Under the pieces are notes generated by a model. That model was not told the origin of the DNA and did no database searches. It saw only the letters and a list, made by a program, of their open reading frames with translations. From the NCBI GenBank assembly GCA_013822395.1, contig PNKK01000007.1, forward strand, positions 3,104 through 67,103: a stretch of 64,000 nt of DNA. The letters run 5' to 3'. This stretch comes from Anaerolinea sp. GTDB lineage: Bacteria > Chloroflexota > Limnocylindria > Limnocylindrales > CSP1-4. Positions 43,794 through 54,113 of the stretch are shown here, one piece after another. The first letter of the stretch is position 1; each line of letters begins with the position of its first letter. The position numbers and the translations under genes were made by a program.

Positions 43794-44603
43794 ATGACGC
43801 ATCACGTCGAGGACACGCGGGTCATCGAACCCGCGGCGTCCATCTACAACGCGACCCTCGTCCGGCGCGAGGACCAGACCGACGACCTCGCCTCCTTCTG
43901 GGTGAAGCTGGACGGGGAGCCCGTCCATTTCGAGCCCGGCCAGTACCTGACGATCGGGGTCATCGTGGACGGGAAGCTGCTCCAGCGGCCGTATTCGGTC
44001 GCCTCGGCGCCGCAGGCAAGTGGCACGGACGGCTACGAGTTCTACGTCCGCCTCGTCCCCGTCATCCGCTTCACGACCGCGCTGTGGCGCCTGCCCATCG
44101 GACACCAGATGCGGATGATCGGCCCCAAGGGCCGGTTTCTCCTGGACCCGGGCGACGACCGGACGCACCTGTACGTCTCCACGGGCACGGGGATCGCGCC
44201 GTTCATCAGCATGATCCGGGACACCATGGCCCGGGGCGATGAGCGGAAGACGGTCGTCCTCCACGGTTGCTCGTTCGTGGATGAGCTCGGCTACCGGGAG
44301 TACCTCGAGGGGCTCGAGCAGGACGGCGCCTATCCCCTCACCTACGTCCCGACCATCTCCCGCCCGAACGATCCGCGGAACGACGGCTGGACCGGTCGGC
44401 GCGGCCGAGCCGAGCATGTGGTCGCCGACGTGTGCGAGGACCTCGGGCTCAGGCCGGAGCGGACCGTCGTCTACATCTGCGGCAATCCGGACATGATCCT
44501 CAACGTCGAGCACGAGCTCATGCACCGCGGCTTTCCGGAGTTCCACGTCAAGAAGGAGCTCTACTGGCCGAAAGGCAAGGACGCCGCTCTCAAGGCCGGC
44601 TGA
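43794..44603 (+). CDS. fpr: Ferredoxin-NADP+ reductase (plant/Fpr type)
   Basis: ORF trimmed to the ATG at 43794. RPYSVAS (FAD), YVSTGTGIAPF (NADP) and ICGNPDM motifs. Confidence 0.85.
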   Translation: MTHHVEDTRVIEPAASIYNATLVRREDQTDDLASFWVKLDGEPVHFEPGQYLTIGVIVDGKLLQRPYSVASAPQASGTDGYEFYVRLVPVIRFTTALWRLPIGHQMRMIGPKGRFLLDPGDDRTHLYVSTGTGIAPFISMIRDTMARGDERKTVVLHGCSFVDELGYREYLEGLEQDGAYPLTYVPTISRPNDPRNDGWTGRRGRAEHVVADVCEDLGLRPERTVVYICGNPDMILNVEHELMHRGFPEFHVKKELYWPKGKDAALKAG

Positions 44604-44750
44604 CAGCGGTTCCGCGACCCGCCACCCACGGCATTCGGCGTGCCGGGACGTGACGTTTGGCCCCCACCAACCGTGCGATCCGGCGCTGTGGCGCGGACCC
44701 GCACTCCGGCGACGATCCAGACGAGGAATTCCTACCACGGCGGTCCCTGA

Positions 44751-45641
44751 ATGCATCGCATCGTCCAGAACGAGCGCCTCTCGCCGAACGTCACCCGGCT
44801 CGTCGTGGAGGCCCCACGGATCGCACAGATCCGGCAGCCCGGCCAGTTCGTCATCGTCCACCTCGGCCGCGGCGCGGAGCGGATCCCGCTGACGATCGCG
44901 GACGCCGATCCCGCCGCGGGCACGATCACGCTCGTCATCCAGGCCATCGGGAAGAGCACGAGCGACCTGGTCGAGCTCCAGCCCGGCGATACGATCGCCG
45001 ATATCGCCGGGCCCCTCGGCCGGCCGACCGAGCTTCCCGAGCGTGGCCACGCCGTGTGTGTCGGTGGCGGTGTGGGAACGGCGGTCATCCTCCCAATCGC
45101 CCAGGAGCTCCATCGTCGCGGTGTCGCGGTCACGAGCATCATCGGCGGCCGCTCCCGGGAGTGGGTGATCCTGGAGCCGGAGCTCGCGGCCTGCGGGACG
45201 GTGGTCGCCTGCACGGATGACGGCAGCTACGGTCGGCCCGGATTCGTCACTCAGGCCCTCGCGGACGTGCTCGCCGTCGGCCGCGTCGACGAAGTCTTCG
45301 CCGTCGGGCCCGTCCCCATGATGCGGGCCGTCGCGGAGATGACCCGGCCACTCGGTACCCAGACGACCGTCTCGCTCAACCCGGTGATGGTCGATGGCAC
45401 GGGGATGTGCGGCGGCTGTCGCGTGACCATCGACGGCGAGACCCGCTACGCGTGCGTCGACGGCCCGGAGTTCGACGGCCATCAGGTCGACTTCCGGGAG
45501 CTCGCCGACCGCCTGACCACGTACCGTCCGTTCGAGCAGGCGGCCCTGGAGCGCCGCGCCTGCAAGGTCGGGCTCCGAACGACGCCGAAGACCGATGGCC
45601 GAGCCGAGAGCGTGGTGCCAACCGAGGGAGTCAGCGCATGA
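44751..45641 (+). CDS. NfnA/SudB-like FAD/[2Fe-2S] subunit (dihydroorotate-dehydrogenase electron-transfer-subunit fold)
   Basis: 296 aa. QFVIV....ERIPLTIAD, CVGGGVGTAV and the C-terminal Cys cluster GTGMCGGCRV....ACVDGP. Confidence 0.8.
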   Translation: MHRIVQNERLSPNVTRLVVEAPRIAQIRQPGQFVIVHLGRGAERIPLTIADADPAAGTITLVIQAIGKSTSDLVELQPGDTIADIAGPLGRPTELPERGHAVCVGGGVGTAVILPIAQELHRRGVAVTSIIGGRSREWVILEPELAACGTVVACTDDGSYGRPGFVTQALADVLAVGRVDEVFAVGPVPMMRAVAEMTRPLGTQTTVSLNPVMVDGTGMCGGCRVTIDGETRYACVDGPEFDGHQVDFRELADRLTTYRPFEQAALERRACKVGLRTTPKTDGRAESVVPTEGVSA

Positions 45642-47194
45642 CCGAGCCGCGTCCCGTCCCGCCGGCAGAGCCCGCCGCCGGAGCGTCCCCCCCGCCGGCA
45701 GAGCCCGCCGGCGAGCGCCCCTCCCTGACCCAGAAGCAACGGATGGCGATCGGCCGAGTCGCCATGCCCGAGCAGGACGCGATCGTGCGGGCCACGAACT
45801 TCCGCGAGGTGAACCTGGGCCTGACCTACCAGCTCGCGATGCTTGAGGCGGAGCGGTGCCTCATGTGCCCGAAGCCGTACTGCGTCGACGGCTGCCCGGT
45901 TCGCGTCAACATCCCACGCTTCATCCGGCTCCTCCGGGAAGGCGACCTGCCCGGCGCCGCCGAATCGCTCCTCGACGACAACGCGCTCCCTTGTGTCACC
46001 GGCCGGGTCTGCCCGCAGGAGACCCAGTGCGAGGGCGTCTGCCTCCGGGCCAAGACGGGCAAGCCCGTCGCGATCGGCAGCCTGGAGCGCTTCGTCGCCG
46101 ACTGGGCCCAGGCGAACCCGGAGGCGTTGCCGGCCCGCAGCGCCACGCCGAGCAGCCGGCGGGTGGCGATCGTGGGATCCGGGCCGGCCGGCCTGACCGC
46201 AGCCGGTGAGCTCGCCAAGCGCGGCCACGACGTCACGATCTTCGAGGCCTTCCACGCCCCCGGCGGCGTCCTCATCTACGGCATCCCGGAGTTCCGCCTG
46301 CCCAAGGACATCGTCCAGGCGGAGGTGGACCGGCTGGTCGCCGACGGCGTGAAGATCGAGGCCAACGCGATCATCGGCAAGACGTTCACGCTGCCCGAGC
46401 TGCGCGAGCGCTTCGACGCGATCTTCGTCGCCGTCGGAGCGGGGCTGCCGGTCTTCATGAACGTGCCGGGCGAGAACCACAAGGGCGTCTACTCGGCCAA
46501 CGAGTACCTGACCCGGGTGAATCTCATGGGCGCCTGGCAGGAGGCCTCCGATACGCCCGTCCTGCACGGCCAGCGGGTCGTCGTCGTGGGCGGCGGAAAC
46601 GTCGCGATGGACGCCGTCCGGACGGCGCGACGGCTCGGCGCGGCCGAAGCGACGATCGTCTACCGGCGCTCGCACGATGAGCTTCCGGCGCGCGCGGAGG
46701 AGGTCCATCACGCTGAGCAGGAGGGCGTCCGGTTCGAGTATCTGGCCGCACCGGTCGAGGTCCTGGGCGACGAGGAGCGCTGGGTCACCGGGCTCCGCTG
46801 CCAGCGGATGGCGCTCGGCGAGCCGGACGCTTCTGGCCGCCGCCGGCCCGAGCCGGTCGAGGACTCCGAGTTCGATGTCCCGTGCGACATGGTCGTCGTG
46901 GCGATCGGCACGCGGTCCAACCCCCTGCTCACCGCCACGGCCCCGGAGCTCGAGGTCAACCCGTGGGGCTACATCGTCACCGACGCGCACGGGATGACGT
47001 CGATGCCCGGCGTGTTCGCCGGCGGCGACATCGTTCGCGGCGCCGCCACGGTCATCCTCGCGATGGGCGACGGCAAGCGGGCGGCGGCCTCGATCGACAC
47101 CTGGCTGCGGGGCGAGTGGCCGCCGACGCCCGAGGAGCCGACTGCGGCGGGCGCGGCACGCGAACGACCGGCGAGGGCGACCGCCCCCGCCTGA
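45638..47194 (+). CDS. GltD/NfnB-like NADPH-dependent oxidoreductase (glutamate synthase small-subunit family)
   Basis: ORF trimmed to the ATG at 45638 (ATGA overlap). CLMCPKPYCVDGCPV, CPQETQCEGVC, VAIVGSGPAGLTAA and VVVVGGGNVAMD motifs. Confidence 0.85.
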   Translation: MTEPRPVPPAEPAAGASPPPAEPAGERPSLTQKQRMAIGRVAMPEQDAIVRATNFREVNLGLTYQLAMLEAERCLMCPKPYCVDGCPVRVNIPRFIRLLREGDLPGAAESLLDDNALPCVTGRVCPQETQCEGVCLRAKTGKPVAIGSLERFVADWAQANPEALPARSATPSSRRVAIVGSGPAGLTAAGELAKRGHDVTIFEAFHAPGGVLIYGIPEFRLPKDIVQAEVDRLVADGVKIEANAIIGKTFTLPELRERFDAIFVAVGAGLPVFMNVPGENHKGVYSANEYLTRVNLMGAWQEASDTPVLHGQRVVVVGGGNVAMDAVRTARRLGAAEATIVYRRSHDELPARAEEVHHAEQEGVRFEYLAAPVEVLGDEERWVTGLRCQRMALGEPDASGRRRPEPVEDSEFDVPCDMVVVAIGTRSNPLLTATAPELEVNPWGYIVTDAHGMTSMPGVFAGGDIVRGAATVILAMGDGKRAAASIDTWLRGEWPPTPEEPTAAGAARERPARATAPA

Positions 47195-47201
47195 CCTGCC
47201 A

Positions 47202-48614
47202 TCAGCCCCGCGCCGCCTCCAGGCGATCGAGGATCGCCCGCTTCACGCCCTCGACCGGGATCCGCTCCTGGGTCATCGTGTCGCGGTCGCGGACCGTGAC
47301 CGCCAGGTCCTCGAGCGAGTCGACGTCCACCGTCACGCACCACGGGGTCCCGATCTCGTCCTGGCGTCGGTAGAGCTTGCCGATCGCCGCCGTGTCGTCG
47401 TACACGGCCATCAGGTCGCGCTTCAGATCGGCCAGGATCCGGTGGCAGAGCTCCACGATCTCGGGCCGCTTCTTGAGCAGCGGCAGGACCGCGACCTTAT
47501 ACGGCGCCAGCTCGGGATGAAGCGCCAGCGAGACCCGCAGCTCGCCGCGGACCTCCTCCTCACGGTAGGCATCGATGAGAAACGTGAATGCCGCCCGGTC
47601 GGCGCCGGCCGCCGCCTCCACGACCCACGGGATGAAACGCTCCTCGGTCGCCGGGTCGAAGTACTCGAGGTTCTCCCCGGAGGCCTCGGCGTGGCGCGAG
47701 AGATCGAAGTCGCCGCGGTTGTGGACGCCCTCCAGCTCCTTCCAGCCGAACGGGAACCGGTACTCGACGTCGACCGCCTTCTTGGCGTAGTGGGCGAGCT
47801 CGTCCGGCGCATGTTCGCGGAGGCGCAGCCGCTCGGGCGCGACACCGTACGCCTCGTACCACGCCTTCCGGCGCGGAAGCCACTCTTCGAAGGCGGCGGC
47901 GGCCATGTCGCCCGGGCGGACGAAATACTGCATCTCCATCTGCTCGAACTCGCGCATCCGGAAGACGAAGTTGCCGGGGCTGATCTCGTTCCGGAAGCTC
48001 TTTCCGATCTGGGCGATCCCGAACGGGATCTTCTTCCGGCTCGACTGCTGGACGTTCTTGAAGTTGACGTAGCTGCCCTGGGCCGTCTCGGGCCGGAAGT
48101 AGACGATCGAGGCGTCGTCCTGAACCGGCCCCATGTACGTCTGGAACATGAGGTTGAACCGGCGTGGTGCCGAGAGCGGTCCGCCGTCGTTCGGGCAGAC
48201 GAGCTCGAACCGCTCGACGACCGTCGGGTCGGCCAGATCGGCAACACTCAGGCCCTCGGCGCCCGGCAGCTCGTCGAGGCGGTAGCGGCGCCGGCAGGTG
48301 GCGCACTCGACCAGCGGGTCGCTGAACGAGCCGACGTGGCCGGACGTCACCCAGACCTGGGGATGCATGAGGATCCCGGCATCGAGGCCCACGATGTCGT
48401 CGCGCTCCTGGACCATCGCCCGCCACCAGGCCCGCTTGACATTGTTCTTCAGCTCCACGCCGAGCGGGCCGTAGTCCCAGACGGCGTTGATCCCACCGTA
48501 GATCTCGGAGCTCGGGAAGACGAACCCGCGCCGCTTGGACAGGCTGACGATCGTGTCGAGGTCCGGCACGGCGGCCTCGACGTCGTGCGGGTGTCTGGCG
48601 AGAGAGTCGGTCAC
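47202..48614 (-). CDS. glyQS: Glycine-tRNA ligase (single-chain class II)
   Basis: 470 aa, GTG start. [14 protein letters not shown]....WDYGPLG and [25 protein letters not shown] motifs. Confidence 0.95.
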   Translation of the reverse strand: MTDSLARHPHDVEAAVPDLDTIVSLSKRRGFVFPSSEIYGGINAVWDYGPLGVELKNNVKRAWWRAMVQERDDIVGLDAGILMHPQVWVTSGHVGSFSDPLVECATCRRRYRLDELPGAEGLSVADLADPTVVERFELVCPNDGGPLSAPRRFNLMFQTYMGPVQDDASIVYFRPETAQGSYVNFKNVQQSSRKKIPFGIAQIGKSFRNEISPGNFVFRMREFEQMEMQYFVRPGDMAAAAFEEWLPRRKAWYEAYGVAPERLRLREHAPDELAHYAKKAVDVEYRFPFGWKELEGVHNRGDFDLSRHAEASGENLEYFDPATEERFIPWVVEAAAGADRAAFTFLIDAYREEEVRGELRVSLALHPELAPYKVAVLPLLKKRPEIVELCHRILADLKRDLMAVYDDTAAIGKLYRRQDEIGTPWCVTVDVDSLEDLAVTVRDRDTMTQERIPVEGVKRAILDRLEAARG

Positions 48615-48769
48615 GTGCGCTCCTCGGGACGGCCGTCCGTGGCAGGAACGGCCGCGGTTCGGGATCTCGGCCGTCGGATGCTAGCAGACGTGCGACCCGC
48701 CAAAGGAACAGCGTCCAAACAGGCCGCGGGGACGTGGGCCGGGGTCGTCCGCAGCCGCTCTCCCAGGCA

Positions 48770-49558
48770 TCACGTTCGCGTCTCGCTTCGGGCGCGTTCG
48801 CCGGCGCGGACTTCGTCCAGGAAGGCCAGCGATTTCGGTGACCTGTCCAGCGTGTAGGCGAGGAACGCCCGCATCGCGCCCTCGACCTCCATCTCGACCT
48901 CCGGGCGAACGCGGAGCGCCGCGAGCGCCTCGACGTCCATCCGCTGGTACGCCTTCAGGAGCTTCAGGGCCTCGAGCGACAGCCCGGCGATCCCGTTCGG
49001 TGGCCCAGGGCAGCGCTCGCACAGGACGCCGCCGAGCAGCGGCACCCAGCGGTAGCGTTCGTCCACCTCGAGCAGGCGGCCGCACTCGACGCAGCGGTCG
49101 ACCTCCGGCCGGATACCGAGCTCCTGGGCGAGGTGCATCTCGAACCAGCGCGCGACCCGACCGGGCGCCATCCCGGCATCGAGGAGCTCGTAGCCGCGCT
49201 TCAGGAGCACGTACACCGACTCCGTGGCGTGGCGCTCCTCCTGCGTCCGGTCCGCCAGCTCGGCCATGTACGACGCCGTGCCGAACGAGACGAGGTCGTC
49301 GCGAAGCCGCAGCCACGGGTGGATCACCTCAACCTGGGTGACGACATCGAAGGTGCGCCCATGGGCCAGCGCGAGCCGCAGCTCGGCGAACGGCTCCAGG
49401 CTGCCGCCGACCCGTGAGGTCGGCCGCCGGATCCCCTTGGCGATCGCCCTGACCTTTCCCGACCCCGGCGTCAGGAGGGTGAGGATCCTGTCCGCCTCGC
49501 CGTAGTCGAACCGCGACAGGACGATGGCATCCGTGGCGTAGCGGTGGGGTGCGGGCAC
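48770..49558 (-). CDS. recO: DNA repair protein RecO
   Basis: The 654-aa ORF is trimmed to the GTG at 49558. ..TDAIVLSRFDYGEADRILTLLT..GKVRAIAKG and zinc motif CVECG...LCERC. Confidence 0.85.
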   Translation of the reverse strand: MPAPHRYATDAIVLSRFDYGEADRILTLLTPGSGKVRAIAKGIRRPTSRVGGSLEPFAELRLALAHGRTFDVVTQVEVIHPWLRLRDDLVSFGTASYMAELADRTQEERHATESVYVLLKRGYELLDAGMAPGRVARWFEMHLAQELGIRPEVDRCVECGRLLEVDERYRWVPLLGGVLCERCPGPPNGIAGLSLEALKLLKAYQRMDVEALAALRVRPEVEMEVEGAMRAFLAYTLDRSPKSLAFLDEVRAGERARSETRT

Positions 49559-49693
49559 GATCCGGACGGTAGCACCACCGCGGCCGGCAGACCCGATCAA
49601 CGCGGCAACCGTGCCGGCGCCGCCGAGCGTGACCCCGCAACAGGCTACCGCCGCCGCGCACGTTTGCTCCGGCCCGGCTACACTCCCCGCGAG

Positions 49694-50719
49694 ATGTCGA
49701 CCGCTGCCCACGTGCTCGATCTCGGCGCGCTCATCGCGGACACCGAGGAGGAGATCCTCCGCCTCGTCCAGGATCGCGATCCGTCCACCGCGGGCGTCTA
49801 TGAGCAGTGCCGCTACCACCTGGGCCTCGACGGCACGGACGGTGTCTCGGGCAAGCGGATGCGGCCGCTCCTGGGCCTCCTCGCCTACGCCTCGATTACC
49901 GGTGATCACCGTGCCGCCCTGCCCGGGGCCGCCGCGGTCGAGCTCGGCCACAATTTCAGCCTCGTCCACGACGACATCGAGGACGGCGACCGCGAGCGTC
50001 GCCACCGCCCCACCCTCTGGAGCCTCCACGGCATCCCCCAGGCGATCAACACCGGCGACATGCTGTTCAGCCTCAGTCGGGTCGCCCTCCATCGCCTGAC
50101 CGACCTCGGCTTCAGCGATCGCAAGGTTCTCCGGCTGATGCGGCTGTACGACGAGACCTGCGTCGCCCTGTGCGAGGGCCAGTACATCGACATCGCGACC
50201 AGTGAGGCCGACGCGCTGATGTCGGTCGAGACCTATTTCGACATGATCGGACGGAAGACCGCGGCCCTGATCGCCGCCTCGATCGAGGCCGGCGCGCTCC
50301 TCGCGACCGACGACGAGAACGTCATCGCCAGCTACCGGGCCTTCGGCTGGGATCTCGGGATCGCGTTCCAGCTCAACGACGACCTGCTCGGGATCTGGGG
50401 CGCCGAGCAGGCCACCGGCAAGGAGCCGACCGACGTCGCCCGTCGCAAGAAGACGCTGCCCGTGATCTACGCCTTCGAGCACGCCGGGCCGGAGGATCGC
50501 GAGCGGCTGCGTATGCTCTACGCCGACCACGTCCCGACCGCCGAGGTCGTGGCCGAGATCGTGACGATCCTGGAGCGCACCGGAGCCGAGGACTACACGC
50601 GCTCCCAGGCTCGGCGCCACCGCGACCGGGCCCTGGCCAACCTCGACGCGGCCGGCGTCGTCCTGCCGGAGGCACGGGCGCGGCTCGAGGAGATCATCGT
50701 CCGGGTCATCGCGGCCTGA
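49694..50719 (+). CDS. Polyprenyl diphosphate synthase family protein
   Basis: ORF trimmed to the ATG at 49694. First Asp-rich motif LVHDDIEDGD and second FQLNDDLLG. Confidence 0.85.
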   Translation: MSTAAHVLDLGALIADTEEEILRLVQDRDPSTAGVYEQCRYHLGLDGTDGVSGKRMRPLLGLLAYASITGDHRAALPGAAAVELGHNFSLVHDDIEDGDRERRHRPTLWSLHGIPQAINTGDMLFSLSRVALHRLTDLGFSDRKVLRLMRLYDETCVALCEGQYIDIATSEADALMSVETYFDMIGRKTAALIAASIEAGALLATDDENVIASYRAFGWDLGIAFQLNDDLLGIWGAEQATGKEPTDVARRKKTLPVIYAFEHAGPEDRERLRMLYADHVPTAEVVAEIVTILERTGAEDYTRSQARRHRDRALANLDAAGVVLPEARARLEEIIVRVIAA

Positions 50720-50766
50720 GGCCGCTGACGGCAAACAGCTGACCGAATGGATTGCGGTCCTCGCCC

Positions 50767-50863
50767 TGAGTCCTCTGACGACTCATCTGCCGTTCGGCCG
50801 CTCGCGCTGGCGGGCCGTTCGACCGCTCGCGCTGGCGGGCAAGAACGGGAAGACATCCTCACC
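50767..50863. repeat. Repeat-family copy B1: hairpin TGAGTC-N7-GACTCA plus a 25-nt tandem duplication
   Basis: tgagtcctctgacgactcatctg, then ccgttcggccgctcgcgctggcggg (50790-50814) and ccgttcgaccgctcgcgctggcggg (50815-50839). The two 25-mers are 24/25 identical. Confidence 0.9.
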
Positions 50864-50938
50864 TGAGTCGTCTGCCGACTCATCTGCCGTTCGACCAAGC
50901 GTGACCCGCAGCTCGATCTGACGTCGCGAACAGCATGC
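50864..50938. repeat. 75-nt 'core' repeat copy B
   Basis: tgagtcgTCTGCcgactcatctgccgttcgaccAagcgtgacccgcagctcgatctgacgtcgcgaacagcatgc. It differs from 40600-40674 only by one substitution and the reverse-complemented 5-nt hairpin loop. Confidence 0.95.
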
Positions 50939-51092
50939 GTGGTGCCAGCGCTGGAATGCGGCGATGAGCTCGCGGGGTCCCGGTAGATCAGCTCGTCGAG
51001 GACCTCGTTGACGAGGGCTCGCTCGTGCCGGGGGCGATGGACGCGCAGGCCCGCGACGGCGCGGGTCGCCAGGTCGCGGCGTCCTCGGCCGG

Positions 51093-52430
51093 CTACCGGT
51101 CGATGTCGGCGGAGGCCTCGACCTCGCCCCGTGGGCGTCGCACCACGAGGACCTTGCCGACTCTCCGGCCGTCGGTCGTCTCGACCGTGAGCGTGAGGGT
51201 GTCCACCGCGATGGTGTCACCCGGCGCGGGCACACCGCCGACGCGATGGTAGACGAGCCCGCCGATGGTGTCGTACTCCTCCTCGTCCTCGAGGTCCAGC
51301 TCGATGTCGAAGAGCTCGCGCAGCTCGTCGACGTCGGCCCGGCCGTCGATCCGCACCTGGTCGTCCGACAGGCGGACGACCATCGGTTCCTCGACGTCGT
51401 ACTCATCCTGGATCTCGCCGACGATCTCCTCGAGGAGGTCCTCGATGGTCACGATCCCGGCCGTGCCACCGTACTCATCGAGGACGATGGCGATGTGTAC
51501 CTTCCGGCGCTGAAGCTCGTGGAGGAGGTCGTCGATCGTCATCGATTCGGGCACGAGCACGGGCGGACGGAGGAGCGTCCGGAGGGCCGGACGCGGCGCA
51601 GCGTCCGACTTCAGGTAGGGCAGCAGGTCCTTTGCGTAGAGAATGCCGACGACCTCGTCGATCGAATCTTCATAGGCGGGGATCCGCGAGTGACCCTCCT
51701 CGATGACGATGTCGATCGCCTGCTCGAACGACGCATCCGCCCGGATTCCGACGATCGAGACGCGAGGGACCATGACTTCGTGGACGCGGCGCTCCCCGAG
51801 CTCGATGACCGCATTGATCATCTGCTCCTCTTCGGCCTCGAGGACGCCCTGCTCCCCACCGCGCTCCACGATCAGCTTCAGCTCCTCCGCGCTGATCTGG
51901 GCCTCGCGGGAGACGTCTGCGCCAAGCGAGCGGGCGATCCAGTTGGTCAGCGCAGCGAGCACGTTGACCAACGGACCAAGCAGTCGACCGAGGAGATCCA
52001 CGGGACTGGAGAGGACGAGGGCGAACCGCTCGGTATGGGCGAGCGCAAGGGACTTCGGCACCAGCTCGCCGAACACGATGGTGAACAGGGACAGGAGAAC
52101 CGTCACCACGACCAGCGAGACGGCGGTCGCGTAGGAGTCCTCGACGCCGACCCCGCGGAGAAATCCGGCAAAAGCCTGGACGAGGCTCACGGCCGCGAAC
52201 GCCGAGGCGAGGAATCCGACAAAGGTGATCGCGAGCTGGACGACCGCGAGGAAGCGTCCCGGGTCCTCCACGAGGCGTCGAACCCGGCGGGCTCCGCGCA
52301 CGTCCTCGTCGACCATCTGCTCCACGCGGCTGCGCCGGATGGAGACGAGGGCGATCTCGGCAGCGACGAAGATCCCGTTGAGAAGGACGAGTCCGACGAT
52401 GATGAGGAGCTCGAGGAGGGTCTGGTTCAT
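51093..52430 (-). CDS. CNNM/HlyC-CorC-family transporter (DUF21, CBS pair and CorC_HlyC domains)
   Basis: 445 aa. [15 protein letters not shown] (DUF21), a CBS pair, and the C-terminal ..GD.I....L.L.V......R.. transporter-associated domain. Confidence 0.9.
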   Translation of the reverse strand: MNQTLLELLIIVGLVLLNGIFVAAEIALVSIRRSRVEQMVDEDVRGARRVRRLVEDPGRFLAVVQLAITFVGFLASAFAAVSLVQAFAGFLRGVGVEDSYATAVSLVVVTVLLSLFTIVFGELVPKSLALAHTERFALVLSSPVDLLGRLLGPLVNVLAALTNWIARSLGADVSREAQISAEELKLIVERGGEQGVLEAEEEQMINAVIELGERRVHEVMVPRVSIVGIRADASFEQAIDIVIEEGHSRIPAYEDSIDEVVGILYAKDLLPYLKSDAAPRPALRTLLRPPVLVPESMTIDDLLHELQRRKVHIAIVLDEYGGTAGIVTIEDLLEEIVGEIQDEYDVEEPMVVRLSDDQVRIDGRADVDELRELFDIELDLEDEEEYDTIGGLVYHRVGGVPAPGDTIAVDTLTLTVETTDGRRVGKVLVVRRPRGEVEASADIDR

Positions 52431-53890
52431 CGGTCTCCGGTGCCGCCCGGCCCGGTGTCTGTCGCCGACCGGGAGACGCCGCCGTCATTCGGCTCCACGG
52501 GGCGGGCACGCGGCTCCCGGACGCGAGCCGGGACGCCGACGGCCAGTCTGCCGGGCGGCACGTCCTTCGTGACGACGGCCCCCGCGCCGGTCCTCGCCCC
52601 GTCGCCGATCTCGACCGGGGCGACGAGCATCGTGTCAACCCCAAGAAAGGCCTCCCGGCCAATCGTCGTCCGATGCTTCGTCCGGCCGTCCCAGTTCGCG
52701 GTGATCGTGCCCGCGCCGACGTTCGTCCGCTCGCCGAGCTCGGCGTCGCCCAGGTAGCTCACGTGGTGCTGCTTCACGCCCGGGCCGAGGCGCGTGTTCT
52801 TGAGCTCGGCGAAGTTGCCGATCTCGGCGCCCCGCCCGACGTGCGATCCCGGCCGGAGGTGGCTGAACGGCCCGATCGAGACCCCGTCCTCGATCGTCGA
52901 CCGCTCGACGACGCTCGCCCAGACGGTGCAGGCACGCCCGATCGAGGAATCGACGATCGTCGTGTCCGGACCGATCGTGCTGCCCTCGGCGATCGAGGTG
53001 GCGCCCTTGAGGATGACGTTCGGCTCGAGGGTGACGTCCGGATCGAGCGCCACGGCCCAGTCGAGGTAGACCGTCGATGGGTCGCGCATGGTCACGCCGG
53101 CACGCATGTGCGCCTCGTTGCACCGAACGCGGAGCGTCCACTCGGCCTGCGCCAGCTGGGCCCGATCGTTGATGCCGTCGAACGTTCCGTCGTCATCGAA
53201 CCCGACCGCGCTCACGATCCGACCGTCCTCCCGCGCGAGACGGATAAGCTCGGTCAGGTACAGCTCGCCGGTCGTCGCGGACGGGGCGACGGACCCGATG
53301 CGCCGCCGGAGCCAGGCGGCATCGAACGCATAGCAGCCGGCGTTGATCTCGTTCGATTCGAGCTCATCCGCCGAGGCATCCTTCTCCTCAACGATTCGCT
53401 CGACGGTTCCGAACTCACTCCGAACCACCCGGCCAAGTGAGCCGGGCACCGCGGCGAAGACGCTCGCCAGCGCGATCGCGGCGTCATCCAGCCGGCGCTG
53501 CTCGAGGATCGACTGGAGGTGCGACGCGAGGACGAGCGGCACGTCGCCGGACAGGACGAGGACCTCGTCGATGTCGTCGGGGACGTCAGCGAGCCCCGCG
53601 CGAACGGCGTCGGCCGTGCCGCGCGGCTCATCCTGGAGGGCGAAGCGGATGTCGGGACCCAGCCCGGCGTCGCGGACCGCGGCCACGGCCGGCGAGTAGA
53701 CGACGACCGGCGGCGCGCCCGGGACGTCGAGTGCCACTTCGGCCCACGCGTCGAGCACGTAGGCGAGCATCGGCCGCCCGCACAACGGGTGGAGGACCTT
53801 GGGGGTTCGGGATCTCATCCGCGTCCCGAGACCCGCTGCCAGAATGATGGCGGCGGTTCGCCCGGTCGGCGCGGGTCGTGATGGGGTCAT
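52427..53890 (-). CDS. glmU: Bifunctional UDP-N-acetylglucosamine diphosphorylase / glucosamine-1-phosphate N-acetyltransferase
   Basis: ORF trimmed to the ATG at 53890. ILAAGLGTRMRS..PKVLHPL, with left-handed beta-helix hexapeptide repeats in the C-terminal half. ATGA overlap with the downstream gene. Confidence 0.9.
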   Translation of the reverse strand: MTPSRPAPTGRTAAIILAAGLGTRMRSRTPKVLHPLCGRPMLAYVLDAWAEVALDVPGAPPVVVYSPAVAAVRDAGLGPDIRFALQDEPRGTADAVRAGLADVPDDIDEVLVLSGDVPLVLASHLQSILEQRRLDDAAIALASVFAAVPGSLGRVVRSEFGTVERIVEEKDASADELESNEINAGCYAFDAAWLRRRIGSVAPSATTGELYLTELIRLAREDGRIVSAVGFDDDGTFDGINDRAQLAQAEWTLRVRCNEAHMRAGVTMRDPSTVYLDWAVALDPDVTLEPNVILKGATSIAEGSTIGPDTTIVDSSIGRACTVWASVVERSTIEDGVSIGPFSHLRPGSHVGRGAEIGNFAELKNTRLGPGVKQHHVSYLGDAELGERTNVGAGTITANWDGRTKHRTTIGREAFLGVDTMLVAPVEIGDGARTGAGAVVTKDVPPGRLAVGVPARVREPRARPVEPNDGGVSRSATDTGPGGTGDR

Positions 53891-54113
53891 GCAGGTGGCG
53901 ACAGGGTATGGGCGGGGCGTCGGGGGTGTCAATCGAGACGACCCGGGACGACCCTGGACGGGTCCCGATCCAGGGCAACGAGCTGGTACGTGGTGGGATA
54001 GAGCGCGACGACATGGGCGATCGACCGGCGTGATCCACGCCGATCTGTGCTGGTCGTGGATCTGCGCCACGGACCCTCCGTCCACTTCGTCGCTGGCGCA
54101 GCGCTGCTCGGCG

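Noticed and set aside
48615-48769. T-box leader upstream of glyQS
   Set aside because: The gap is only about 155 nt, and the putative -10 (TAGCAT) leaves a leader of about 60 nt. No specifier-loop or T-box (..GGTGGTACCGCG..) sequence is visible; there are only two short GC hairpins.
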